Assembly: GCA_049999805.1 (NCBI GenBank)
Contig: JBNGIO010006235.1
Span: forward strand, 194,794-230,657
Reading direction: 5' to 3'
Origin: Folioceros fuciformis
Lineage: Eukaryota
DNA: 35,864 nucleotides
The notes beneath the pieces are model-generated. The model did not search any database. It was not told where the DNA came from and saw only the letters and a program-made list of their open reading frames with translations. Position numbers and translations under genes: made by a program. Positions 11,186 to 22,560 of this stretch are shown piece after piece. Position 1 is the first letter of the stretch; the number at the start of each line of letters is the position of its first letter.

Positions 11186-12114
11186 GCCGTCGGAGGATGG
11201 ACATCACAGTAGAGTAGACTTTATGGCAGGTTGCCCAGGTGGTGATGGGAGATGGATGAGTGTAAGCCACCCATGTCGACCCATTTCTCTCAAACTTGGC
11301 CAGGGATGCAATCTAGGGACAACATTCAAGTTCACGCCCACAGGTAAGAAAAGCTATTGAATAGTAGGTGGTCTCTAAAGAGCAAAGCACACCGGAGCAG
11401 TTGGTGGCTTTGATGTGTGCCGAAACGGCAGCGCCGACCAGAGAGCAGACAGAACACCTTAGTGAGGGGGCAGACAAATTAATTGTACAAAGTCCCCTCT
11501 CCCCCGTTCGATTTTACGGCTCCCCTCCCGTCATGAATCCCCTCAAGGTTTATTGGACTGCAAAGGCCTTGCTTTTGCTACCTTCATTGACAAATTTTCC
11601 ATCACACTTCGGAGTGAGTGACAATGCACTCAATCAGTGAGTTAAGTCAGACGAGATGACAAGTTCTACATCTCACTCCAAAGCGAGTGGATGCTCAATT
11701 GCTCCCCTCGGCTGTAACGAAATTCATGACCGGACGAAAAAAAGAATGTTCACACCACGCAAGAGACGGGTACATGCCATTCCTGCTTCATTCTCCTGGA
11801 CACAACTCATGATTCTCTAGAACATCTCGCACAACTGCACAACTACTCTACTGTGTGCTTCACAAGGTGCACCAACATGCAGATGGCAAAGTTTCTTTTG
11901 GGCAGTGCGTCATCATACCATCTGGTGGCTGGTTTAGGGTGGTTGACAAAACGAGGCAGTCACTCACAAAATGCAGGGGATCAAACCATCCAAGCTTTCT
12001 CACTGACGACATAGCTTCTCTTCGACGTCTTAGCCCCTTGACGGTTGTCCGAGGCTCGACAACCCTTCGTGATAACACACTTTTGGCTTTTCTGCCGCAT
12101 TACTGCGTCCCGTG

Positions 12115-12181
12115 ATGAAACCCATCAATGAATACAGTTACATACCTGGCAAACAAGCCCAAAGTGTCTACCATTAATGTT
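12115..12181 (+). pseudogene. Short remnant of a second caspase-like paralog
   Basis: MKPINEY-(frameshift)-YLANKPKVSTIN aligns with LKPIAECKYLANKPKVLVVN of the 8620-9399 ORF. YLANKPKV is identical in protein but uses several different codons. Confidence 0.6.
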
Positions 12182-13894
12182 CTGGACATGGCTTTCTTCA
12201 TACAAATACAACACCATATCAGTGTCAGCAGCTCGAACCCTGCATCTCATCACAAAGTACTGCTACTAACCCTGATGCCGCAGTCAAGAGGAAGCTATTT
12301 ACATCTCCGGACCTTTCACCACCCACAAATCCATCCTACCCAGGCACAAGAGGAAACATCAGGGATCTCAGAAGCCTGGCTGCACCCTTCAAACTTTGAG
12401 CTACGTACAGCTGTAGGTTCAAGCACCCATCTTGAAAGCTAAACACTATGTCCTACACCCCGTTGAAGCTTGCTGGCTTGCAAGTTGTAGGGGCAGGAAA
12501 GACAAACATAAGCCTAGGTATATTGCAAAACACCGCAGCAGCTCAAACCCAGCATCCCCAAAACACCCGGCGGCCACTCTAACCAAACACACGGCATCAT
12601 AACTCCTGCGGCAGGGAAGGGAACAAAGCACGAGTGCCTAGGGTAACCGGACTTTTATGTTCGGCTAAGGAGCTTCATATGCTTCACGGGACATTACGCA
12701 GTGAGATATGGGGTCTATATGAGTCCTTCATGAGCAGGTGGTGAGGATACGCACGTAATTATTTCAATACACGTAAGCTAAGCGCATGGCTAAGCTAAGT
12801 CGTAATCACAGTTGGCGCACGATGCCAGACTACCCTTCCATCTAACACCAACCCATGTACCCAACCTACCACTTTGCTCTTCACAGGAGCAAGGACTTGA
12901 AACTTCATACTGTGCTGACCCCTTTGGTCACCACTCCACTTTTTGACGGGAGCAAGCTTGCGCTCGAAACGTTTCGTGGTCTCCACTGTTTCGTCGGTCG
13001 TTCTTGGTGGATCATGGGTGACATCTTGCTGTGGTGGCATATGCAGCAAGCTGCCTGCTTGTGGCTACTTGTGACAAGAGCCAGACACAGCTGTTGGTGC
13101 CCTCTGTTTCGTTCGCGATTCATGGTCATGTTTCATTTCCAGAGTCTGAAGATTTATAGCCACCTAGGTTACATATGCACCCCTCCTTGACGCGTCTCCT
13201 GAGTGCAAACGTATAGTCCTCCTTGTCAGACAGACAGTTGTAAGTCCCTGACGTAAGTGGTTGATCCTTCAGCAGGCCGTGCTTCACTGCATGACTCCAA
13301 CAAAAAGACTGAAGTGGAAAGACCTGCTCCAGCAAAGCTGCTATCTGCAGTGCCCTAAACCTAGCTTCTGAGCAGCACCTTCACGGCTCACTAGAGTGAG
13401 GTCGAGTAATATCAAGGGCGGCTTGCGCCGTGGAGGCTGTAAATAGCGTTTGGGCTGATGTACAGCTCCCGAATACGATGGTTGCTGCGCAGCATTCCGG
13501 CCAGGGCGTCTGCCAGGCGCGCCGCCGGCCAGGGCGTCTGCCAGGCGCGCCGCCTTTTCCTGGATACCCAACGACAATCCGCCTGCGCTAACTATCCTGC
13601 TATCTTTCATGTCTTGCCCAGTTCGTAGCCTGTCCATACGTGGGCTACCTGGTTTAGTCTGTTGTCATAGCCTCTCCGTCGCTGGAGCATTTGAGGACGG
13701 GGAGTAGGGTGAGTTTAGGGTAGAGAGGTGGGGGTGAGATTCCAGGGCTCCACCGGCATCAGAAAGCTTGCCCTGCTCACGTAACACCCCTTTCCGCTCC
13801 CGACCAAACACAGATCGTCCTTGTGTTGCAGGTCCTCTCCCCGTTCGATTTTACGGCTCCCCTCCCGTCATGAATCTCCGGTACACCAGATTTT

Positions 13895-14385
13895 GCTCTG
13901 CAAAACTGTGCATACATCTCCACCACGCAAGTGCCCACCACTATGTCATCCAGAAGGTTCCTTTCAAAAATCTGCAAGTGCAGCTGCCTGCCTTTCAGGA
14001 TTCCGCGCTGAAGCAGCGCAGAGGAGGTCCGGGGAGTCCCACACTCTCCATGTATCTTCCAAGCGGCCACATTCTACATTTGCAGACATGTTCACCAAAC
14101 TGCAGGCCACAAACATATCATCTTCATGTCCTCGTTCCTTAATTTGCTCATGAAACTCCTTTCCTCGCTTTAAAGAGGTTCTGCCTAAAGTTGCAGATGC
14201 CTGCAGAGGCAGCTAAATGTCACGGAATCAGGTGAAGCCTCTTGCATACCACTGTACAGGCGAAGGGCTTCCTGGCCCATGCCGTGCTGGGGAGTTTCCT
14301 GCTATCATGGCATTCCACGTTTCCACAATAATTTTCTGACCTATTTCATCAAACACAGCTGCCAAACTCGTCGTGCATCCTGCAA
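13895..14385 (-). pseudogene. Strongly decayed PPR fragment
   Basis: VFDEIGQKIIVETWNAMIAG and KGRQLHLQIFERNLLDDIVVGTCVVEMYAQ on the minus strand, separated by frameshifts. Confidence 0.8.
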
Positions 14386-14440
14386 GCTGCAAAATCAGAG
14401 AGAAGTGACCGCGTTTCAGTCACTCTCCGGTATAGTTGGT

Positions 14441-14817
14441 GTGGGTTGATGGCGGATTGGACTTGATTGGGAAAGACGGTAAGCATCGACCCAACTTGAG
14501 GACGACAGTGGAGCGGATTTGAAGAGTCGGAGAGGGTTTAGCTCTGACCCCGCCATGTTCGTACAGGTAGCAGATTAAGTTGGCTTCATCCGTTTTCTTT
14601 CCTCTCCTCTGCAGAGTGGCGAGGCGTAGTGATGTACAGCATCCGCTCGGGTTGATGGCGGATTGGTAGTGACCGGGAAAGCAGCAACCCAGCTTGAGAT
14701 CGACAGTGGAGGATTTGAAGAATCGGAGGTTTAAGTTCTGAGCCCGCCCTTTCCCCACACCCACAGGAAGCAGATTAAGTTGTGCGTGCCAAAGGGTTTG
14801 GCTTCATCCGTTTTCTT
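14441..14817. repeat. Two diverged tandem copies of a ~170-200 bp unit upstream of the Crinkler-like gene
   Basis: gggttgatggcggattgg..cgacagtggag..agcagattaagtt..tggcttcatccgttttctt occurs from ~14442 and again from ~14649. Confidence 0.85.
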
Positions 14818-14862
14818 CACGCTTCCTTATGCATAACTACGTGACTGTCCTTATTATTCAGG

Positions 14863-16553
14863 ATGGAGCAGCTCAACCGGGACATTGCTGCCGCGAATGA
14901 ACAGAGCATCGCTCTTGAGAAGGACTTGCTCAACACCACAGACCCGCAGCGAAGAATCCTTTTAGAAAAGGTATGGGAGAGGTCGGTGGAGAAGTGGCAG
15001 GCGCTGCAGGAGATTGCTGCAAAGGAAAGGCAGCTAAACCAGGAGATTGCTGCAAAGGAACGGCAGCTAAACCAGGAGATTGCTGCAAAGGGATGGCAGC
15101 TAAACCAGGAGATTGCAGCAGCAAAGGAAAGGCAGCTAAACCAGGGGATTGCTGTCTTAACTGGGGAGATTGCTGCCGCGAATGAACACATTACCGCTCT
15201 TGCGAAGGACTTGCTCAACGCCACAGACCCGCAGCAAAGAACCCTTTTGAAAAAGGTATGGGAGAGGTCGTTGGAGAGCAAAGAGCGCCTCGTGGCGAAC
15301 CGGCAGGCGCTGCATGATAGCTTTCTGGCCAAGCAGTCCATCCCAGGTCAGTGCACTCCGCTAAGGGAAGGTGTCATCTGCATCATGCTATCATATGTTT
15401 GTTTGCAGACTTGTTAGTATTTGAATGGCAGACATGCTTGTAATTGGAGCTCCGAGGTTCTTATCTTGATGTAGGCGATGTCTTGAGTACAAGAAAAACA
15501 GAGGAGCAGCTCCAAGCTATATTTGATATTGTGCAAGAGGAGAGAAAGGAAAAGTCAACCGTCTGCATAAGCAGCGTGAAGACTGAAACATGGTTGGCAG
15601 TGCAAAGCACTGCGAAGCTATCTACCCTTGTAGTTGAGGATCTGCCAGCAACTTCACCAAAAGAAGCGGTGGTTGCATTTGACTGGGATGGCAGCGTCGA
15701 ACGTGCCCAGGCTGACAGGTGTCGTTATGATATCAATCTTGTAATCTTGTAGGTGTGTTATAATCTTGGATTTGTTTATGGCTGACCGTCTTGTGCTAAT
15801 GAGATGTTCTGTGTATGAACAGGTACATAGCCCATCTCCGGCAGATCATCAACCTTGATAACAGGAAGATTGATTGGGTGGACGCAAATCATTTTCCACA
15901 GTTATTGAGTTATCCTGGAGTAGAGACGCTTGGCCGGAACTTCAGGGGTACCACTAACGTTTTGATAGCTGACACTTCAGTAATTAGGGCCCGGCAACCA
16001 TGGCTGGGCATGCGGGTCTTATTTGAGCTCAAGAAAAGGGTTCGAAATTCTCATATCAACCAGGCACAAATTTCCTTGTTGTTGGCCAACCTACTTTCTC
16101 CGGAATCCAAACCAGTAACGGTAAGATCTGAGTCTGAACCACCATCTTTTGCACTTAACATTCAGGGGTCTTAAAATTTTGGTTGGGTTGTGGCAGGTGC
16201 TCACAGACCTCTGTGATGAATGGCATCTGTTCTGGTTGGATGGCGCAACAATCAACCAGCACGTTTTTTTATCCAGAGAACGGGCTGTAAGTTTTATCGA
16301 AGATGTTTTGGCTGGGCGTTTGGAAGCAAGCGAGGAACTTGACCGTACTGCTGTCCCGGTATCGAAAAGGCGCAAGGTATTCAACAGATTGGTATCGACT
16401 CCGGAATTAGAGAACACACTCACTGAAGATCAATTAGAGAGTCTGGAAGGTGTGTTAGCTCCAAGTGAGATCACACAGATGAGAGCTCATCGTTTCATCC
16501 GCCAACTCGAAACTCTCCAAAATTGGAAGCAAGTCCCAGATATAGATACGTAG
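14863..16553 (+). CDS. Crinkler (CRN)-like protein: coiled-coil repeat header plus C-terminal PD-(D/E)xK REase-fold domain; 4 exons, 460 aa
   Basis: Exons 14863-15346, 15475-15718, 15823-16120 and 16197-16553 join in frame through GT-AG introns of 128, 104 and 76 bp. Motifs FDWD..E, FRGTTNVLI, LFELKK, QAQISLLLANLL, PVTVLTDLCDEWHLFW resemble oomycete/fungal CRN C-termini. Gene model is firm; the family call is by eye. Confidence 0.8.
15008..15150 (+). repeat. Coding minisatellite, about 4 x 33 bp (QEIAAKERQLN)
   Basis: caggagattgctgcaaagga..ggcagctaaac repeated directly; one unit has a 3-nt insertion. Confidence 0.95.
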
Positions 16554-16689
16554 ACACTCTTTACGTCTCTGACATGTTGTTCGTTATCGTACTTGGAATC
16601 TTGGAAAGAAGCCTGGACCAAGAAACGTCTTGGTGCTGTCGAGGCACTGCGACCTTCTTCCGAGGTAGTTGATGTTGCGTGTCGTATCA

Positions 16690-16846
16690 CCAGTTTCCCA
16701 GGTCAACTGTCGTCTCCCATGACGGATGTTACCAACTGTCGTTTCCCATGACGATGTTACCACCTGTCGTCTCCCATGACAGATGTTACCATCACCGTAG
16801 TCCAGGGTGACGGAAACCAAGAATCCAGGGTGACGGAAACCAAGAA
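16690..16846. repeat. Cluster of short imperfect tandem repeats
   Basis: ctgtcgtytcccatgac..atgttacca x3, then tccagggtgacggaaaccaagaa x2. Confidence 0.85.
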
Positions 16847-17207
16847 TCCTGTGAGAAAACCCCGGGACAACCAGGCGCTTTCCTTTAACGGCCACACTTT
16901 GATGTTATCCCTTGTCCCTATGCTCCGAGCGGCTGAGCATGCAGGTGGGTCTATCACCACTACTCTGCAATGGCTATGGCCCTGATCAGATCAGCCTGAC
17001 ATGGGGTATTCAAGGCCAGGATGCTTGTCAGCGAAAGCAGGTACAGCTCTCACAGTTTCTAGGTGTACTGTGTTCACAAGTTTGTCCTGATGGTCGCTAT
17101 CAAGCATTGGTTCGGATACAAGAAGGAGTACTAGTACGTCTTTTCTTATCATGGGCTGTCATGCAAGGTGTTGCCCAGAAGGATATGGATGGCCTTAGGG
17201 TGATCCA

Positions 17208-17322
17208 CCTCTCTCTCTCTCTCTCTCTCTCTCGCAAGCACTACCGTGATAGCTATGCGGAATTGAGTGTGTGCACACCAACCCCCCCCCCCCCTCCCCC
17301 TCTCTCTCTCTCTCTCTCTCTC
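17208..17322. repeat. (CT)n microsatellites and poly-C tract
   Basis: Directly visible; the paralogous copy at ~10270-10345 has much shorter tracts. Confidence 0.95.
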
Positions 17323-17995
17323 TGTGGAATGTCATGCTTCAGATCGATTCAAGTAGCAGAGCGTAACAACACCAACTGACTTCTATCTCCATCTATTTAC
17401 CTTTTTCTCGGTACCCAACGACAATCCGCCTGCACTAGCTATCCTTCTTTCTTCCATGGTGATGTTGTCTTGCACAGTTCGTAGTCTGTACGTACATACG
17501 TGGGCTACCTAGTTTAGTCTGTTGTCATAGCCTCTCCGTCGCTGGACGATGGCCACAATGTATGGCAACCAGACCCGTTGTGCATCCAACAAACCCCTGT
17601 CTGTGTGTGTACAGGAGTTGTACGAGGCCACAGCGTAGGGAGGCAACCCCTGGCAAACACGGCTTCCAAGTGCAGAGCTGTAAGAAGCCCAGCATTTCCA
17701 CCTCCCGGAAAGCGTAGGGACGGCATTTCCAGCGATGATCGTCGCCTGAGCACTTGTGGCAATAGCTTTTTTCTGCAACCCTGCTATGTGGTGGGACAAC
17801 AGACGAGATGAGATCAGCTCCCGGTCGCCTCACTTCCGGCGGGCGAGGTCTCGTTGCCGAACAGCATATCCAAGCCAGGTTGGGTTGATGTGAAGCTTGT
17901 TTCCTTGGATATGCAGATGGGTTTTGGTGCCTCTCCTTCTGACTCCAGCTCTGGGGATAAGCCTAAACCTGGGAGGCGTGCAGGATCGTTCGGGA

Positions 17996-18420
17996 ATGGC
18001 TAGAACCGTGAGCGTCTCGTGTCAGCAGGGCAAACTTTCTGAGGCAGTTGGAGCCCTGGATTCTCTGGCGCAGACAGATACTGTCAACTCTCAGTCTCTG
18101 TCATGCACTTTGCTAAAACTGTGTACAGCTAACAAGGATGTGGTTGTGGGGCGACGATTGCATCATTCTGTCTCAAGCTTGGGCACGAAGTCGAATGCAT
18201 ACTTGGGGAACCATATGTTGCGCACGTGGAGGCAGGCAGGAGGAGGCTAAGGATGTGCTCACCAGAGTGGGGAAACCGGATGCCTGTATGTGCTCTTCCC
18301 ATAATCTCCGAATACTCTCAGCATGGGAAGCCCCCCGAAGCCATACAACTGTACCATGAGATGCGCAGGTCATGAGTGAAGCCGGATTCTCACGTCTTTG
18401 TGGCTGCCCTTCAAGCTTGT
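17996..18420 (+). pseudogene. 5' fragment of a PLS-class PPR gene
   Basis: MARTVSVSCQQGKLSEAVGALDSLAQ..LLKLCTANKDVVVGRRLH..YLGNHMLR / EEAKDVLTRVGKPDA / KPDSHVFVAALQAC, with frameshifts; paralogous to 22010-22560 (-). Confidence 0.88.
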
Positions 18421-18809
18421 AACCCTGTAATCTACAGATGCACAGATCATCAAGTTTGTGTCAGTCATTACTCAATCAAGGTGCAGGCCACGATGCCAGC
18501 CATTCCTGGCCACTTTTGCTGGCTTTCTCCCTTTACCAACCAGGGGCCTGCAGTTGGGCTGAAGATCTTGTTCTGCAGGAGTCAGCGGCTTGCACAACCA
18601 GACGTGACAAATTCGATAAAGTTGGGCGTCAGCAAAGAAAGATATACTATACAGCAGGATTGGGCTCTACATGTACATTCTAGTGCGTGTCTAGGACCTA
18701 CCACTATCCGACTGCAGATGCCTCCTCGAATCATCCTGCAGATGCCCAAGTCAGGCTGCAGCACACGACGTCTTAATTGCTCCCGTCGACGTCAGAGCAG
18801 CTGATAGAC

Positions 18810-19715
18810 TTGTCTCTTGATTCCCATCCGCATGCACACCCTTCGCAAACCCATGCCACCCCTCGTCCTCCTCCGTAAGGCTCTTCCCAAACAAAGGTCG
18901 CAGCGAGAGAAACCACTCCATCCAAGGTGGTAGCAGGGCTTGGAACAGCACCCCCAATGCTGGCCACCACATGTAGGCCGGCCTTGCCCAGGAAGAGCAA
19001 TATCTTTGCACCGTTGATCGCTAGGGGCCTGATCCAGCTCCACTTCGCATCCTCCAATGTCAAGTCAAAGCCAGCTTGGCCGTCGGAAATACCCAGACGT
19101 TGGGACTGGTGGGTCGGCGTCTTGTCGTGCGCGCACCTCCTTCTCTGCAGGCAGTACGAATTCCACCGCAGCTGCATACACGTTGGAGACTGTTTGAAGG
19201 AGACCTGTTCGTCGCGTGTGCAAGACAGCCAACATTTCACCAGCCCCTCGAAGGCATTCTCCAAACAAGCTTTCAGGGCATGCTGGCCACGACCATCTGT
19301 TCTCCACCAGGTCCAACGGGGAGAAAATCTCCCCCTTTACACCCTTGGCGGTCTGCAAGAACAGACTGGAGCAAAGTCCAGTCTGCGTTAGCACTGAACT
19401 GGTAGATACAGAGTGTGAGGTTTTGGGACACACTCGGTCCTGATAATCCCTCCCACGAGCTCGACTCCCGGACTGCCTTCAGGTTTAGGGTAAAATGATC
19501 TCAACTTTGCAATCACATGTTCCATGAGAAACTCGATAGTTTCATCATTGCTCTTGGACGACCTCACCACAATATCAGTGGTGATCACCCATGTCTCCGG
19601 CCTCCTCTCTGATGTCCCCAATTGCGAATCGATGCACACGATATCCATCCCAAACCGTTTAGGGTCACGTCTTCATCACGCTCACGGTCGACCCTTACAA
19701 CTGCAAGTACCAGCT
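18810..19715 (-). pseudogene. C-terminal remnant of a TORNADO1-like Roco (ROC-COR) protein
   Basis: DIVVRSSKSNDETIEFLMEHVI..PGVELVGGIIRTECV, DGQAGFDLTL..WIRPLAINGAKILLFLGKAGLHVVASIGGAVP and GVAWVCEGC occur in the same order as recalled TRN1 segments (IDILAC..IIRPECV; DQMGC..LKIGAHLAAGMG.MIP; IAWIC). Frameshifted and internally deleted. Confidence 0.62.
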
Positions 19716-19719
19716 GCGA

Positions 19720-22560
19720 TCGGTACCCATCTCTCACAACAATGTCTCTCCCTTCGAGCCTTGACATGATCTCCGTGGAACTGTGGCAGTCACTGCACAT
19801 GCGTGGATTCTTCGTTACCACCAAGAGGTGTGTGCCACTCGGAGTGTTCAACAGTCCAAACGCGAGAGCTAGCTTCTCCGCATGACCACAAAGCGCATCT
19901 TCCTTTTCCTTCTTCTCACGCACTGCCTTCAACACCAGCTTTGTGTGTGACGAACATGCCCTCCCTCCTGTTTCAGCCGTGCATTCCTACTTTCCGCTTT
20001 CACTGCAAGATCCATCCTCTCTCCTTTCCCCCCGACCTCAAATCTGTGCACTTCCTCTTAAGTCACCTCTACGCTAGCCATTGCGGGGTTTTTGTTAGCT
20101 CCTGCTGCCATTCTCCATCTTTCAACCCTGTGTCTACATCGGTCCACCTACGTGCATCTGCGTAGGCATTGGCCATGAGCACATAGGTGGATGCCTAAAC
20201 TCCTTAGGTTCCAGCCTGACAACACTTTCAAAACACCACATCGCCCTCTCCAAATCCCCGTGACTTTTGCAGGCATTCAACGAAGACCTCAGGCCCACGA
20301 CATTCCTCTGACCCTCTAGTGACAACACCAACTTCTCAGCCTCATCCAAATGACCCGCACGCCCAACAAGGTAAGGTCAATCATGCAATTGAAGTGCTCA
20401 ATAGAATAGTAGGTATGATGCCATACTGGTCAGACATGGAAGCAAAGTGCTCGCGACCCTCGTAAACTAGACCACCGAGACTGCAAGCGACTACAAGGCA
20501 AGAAAAAGTAGCCCCATCGGGCTGAACACCGGCAACTAACATGTCGTCAAAACAACTTAACGCTCTACGCCAATCATCACATATACCATACCCAGATATC
20601 ATGGCATCCCATGTCACCACAGTCTTGATGTTCATGCTGTCAAAAACCTGGCGTGCGTCTTCCAGTTCACCACATTTCGCATACATGTCCACCAGGCAGT
20701 TGCCCAACACTACCACGTCCAGCAGTCCTTTTTCCACGATCTGTGAGTGCAGCTGCCTGCTGCCCCTTTTGCAAGGCACCAGTGCTTCCACAGGGCCTTC
20801 AGAAGGCAACAAAAAAGTCACATGGTCACCCAAAATAAGGCCTTCTTGCTCCATTCGGCCGTACAGAATAAGCGCCTCATGTCCGAGCCCTTGCCGAGCA
20901 TACCCGGCAATCAGGGCATTCCATGTCACCACATGCTTCATGGCCAAGCTGCCAAACACCTGCTGTGCGTTTTCCACTTCACCACATTTTGCATACATGT
21001 CCACCAGGCAGTTGCCCAACACCACATTTTCCAGTAGACCACTTTTGACAAGCTCTGAGGGCAGCTGCCTGCCCATCTCTATGGCGCAACAGGCATCGAG
21101 AAGGCAAGCAAAAGTAACATCATTAGCTATGACGAGGCCCTCCTGCCCCACTTGTCCATACAAAAACAAGCCCCTCAATTCCCAGACCTTGCTGTGCATA
21201 CCCAGCAATCAGCGCCGTCTATGTCACCACATCCTTAGCGGCCACTCTGTCAAAAAACACGGCGTGCATGTTCCACTTCACCACATTTTTGTATACATGT
21301 CCACCAGGCAGTGGCCCAGCACTACGTTATCCAGCAGTCCTCTTTCGACTATCAGTGAGTGCAGCTGCCTGCCCTTCTGTAAGGCACCACTGCTTCCACA
21401 GGCTTTCAGAAGGCAGGCAAAAGTAAAAGTGACATGGTCAGCCGAACTGATGCCCTCCTGCTCCATTACTACTCCATAAGACAGCAAACGCCTCATGTCC
21501 GAGCCCTTGGTCAGCATACCCAGCAATTACGGCATTCCATGTCACCACATCCTCTGTGGCCAAGCTGTCAAAACCCTGTCGTGTATTATCGAGTTCACCA
21601 CATTTTGCATACATGTCCACCCAGCACTACTCTATCCCAGCAGCCCTCTTTCAACGATCAGCGAGTGCAACTGCCTGCCCTTCCGTAAGGCACCCGTGGT
21701 CACAAGGCAAGCGAATGTAACATGGTTACCCAGAATCAGCTCATCCTGCTCCAACTGCCCATACAGAGCAAGGGCAGAATGTCCTAGCCCTTGCTCCGCA
21801 TATCCAGATATCAGGGCATTCCATGTCACCACACTCTTTGTGTTCATGCTGTCAAAACGTTGGTGTGCATCTTTCATTTCACCACATTTTGCATGCCCAG
21901 ATATCATGGTATTCCATGTCACTACATCCTCTGTGGCCATACTGTCAAAAACCCTGGCGTGCATCCTTCAGTTCGCCACATTTCGCATACATGTCCACCA
22001 GGCACTCACCTACGAACAGGGGTAGTGGGAATGCCACTGGAAAATCTCACAATGCACTTTCCTGCCAGATTCCAAGTCGGTAGCAAATCCACACGCTTGA
22101 AGGACAGCTACAAAGACGTGACCATTTGGCCTGACTCCTGAACGTCGCATCTTGTGGTACGGTTGCATAGCCTCCTTAGCTTTGCCATGCTTGGTGTGTG
22201 CGGAGATTATGGAATGCCACATGAAGGCATCTAGTTTGCCCACCCTGGTGAACACGTCCATTGCCTCCTCTAGTCGACCTAGACATCCATACATGCGTAA
22301 GATAACGTTCCCCAAGCATGAATTCCACTCATACCCGAGTTTGAGAGTGAGGTGATGTACTCGTCGACCCACAACTAAATCCTTGTTGGCTGCGCACAGG
22401 TTCAGCACAGTGTGAGACAGCGACAGAGAAATTGCAGAATGTGATTGCGCCAGAGATTCCCGGGTTTGAACGCCCTCAGCAAGCTTTCCCTGCTGACATA
22501 ACATGCTGACGGTTGAAGCCATTTCGAATCGTGCACGCCTGCCAGGTTCATGCTTATCTG
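19720..22560 (-). pseudogene. Near full-length PLS-class PPR-E-DYW (KP-type) pseudogene, copy 3
   Basis: N-terminus MASTVSMLCQQGKL, many P-L-S repeats, E domain, KNPAMASVEV, EDALCGHAEKLALAFGLLNTP..KNPRMCSDCHSSTEIMSRLEGRDIVVRDGYR, then truncated. Many frameshifts and stops. Confidence 0.93.

Noticed and set aside
11190-13480. Short ORFs around the caspase remnant, and a ~45-bp repeat (~11495 and ~13833) as a MITE end
   Set aside because: No assignable domain; the repeat is direct, with no terminal inverted repeat or target-site duplication visible.
14441-16846. Short tandem repeats as a possible CRISPR array
   Set aside because: No constant repeat with unique spacers; the units are head-to-tail, one set is coding, and the context is eukaryotic with no cas genes.
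20541-22025. Long + strand ORFs (312 aa, 176 aa)
   Set aside because: Antisense shadows of the minus-strand PPR repeats.
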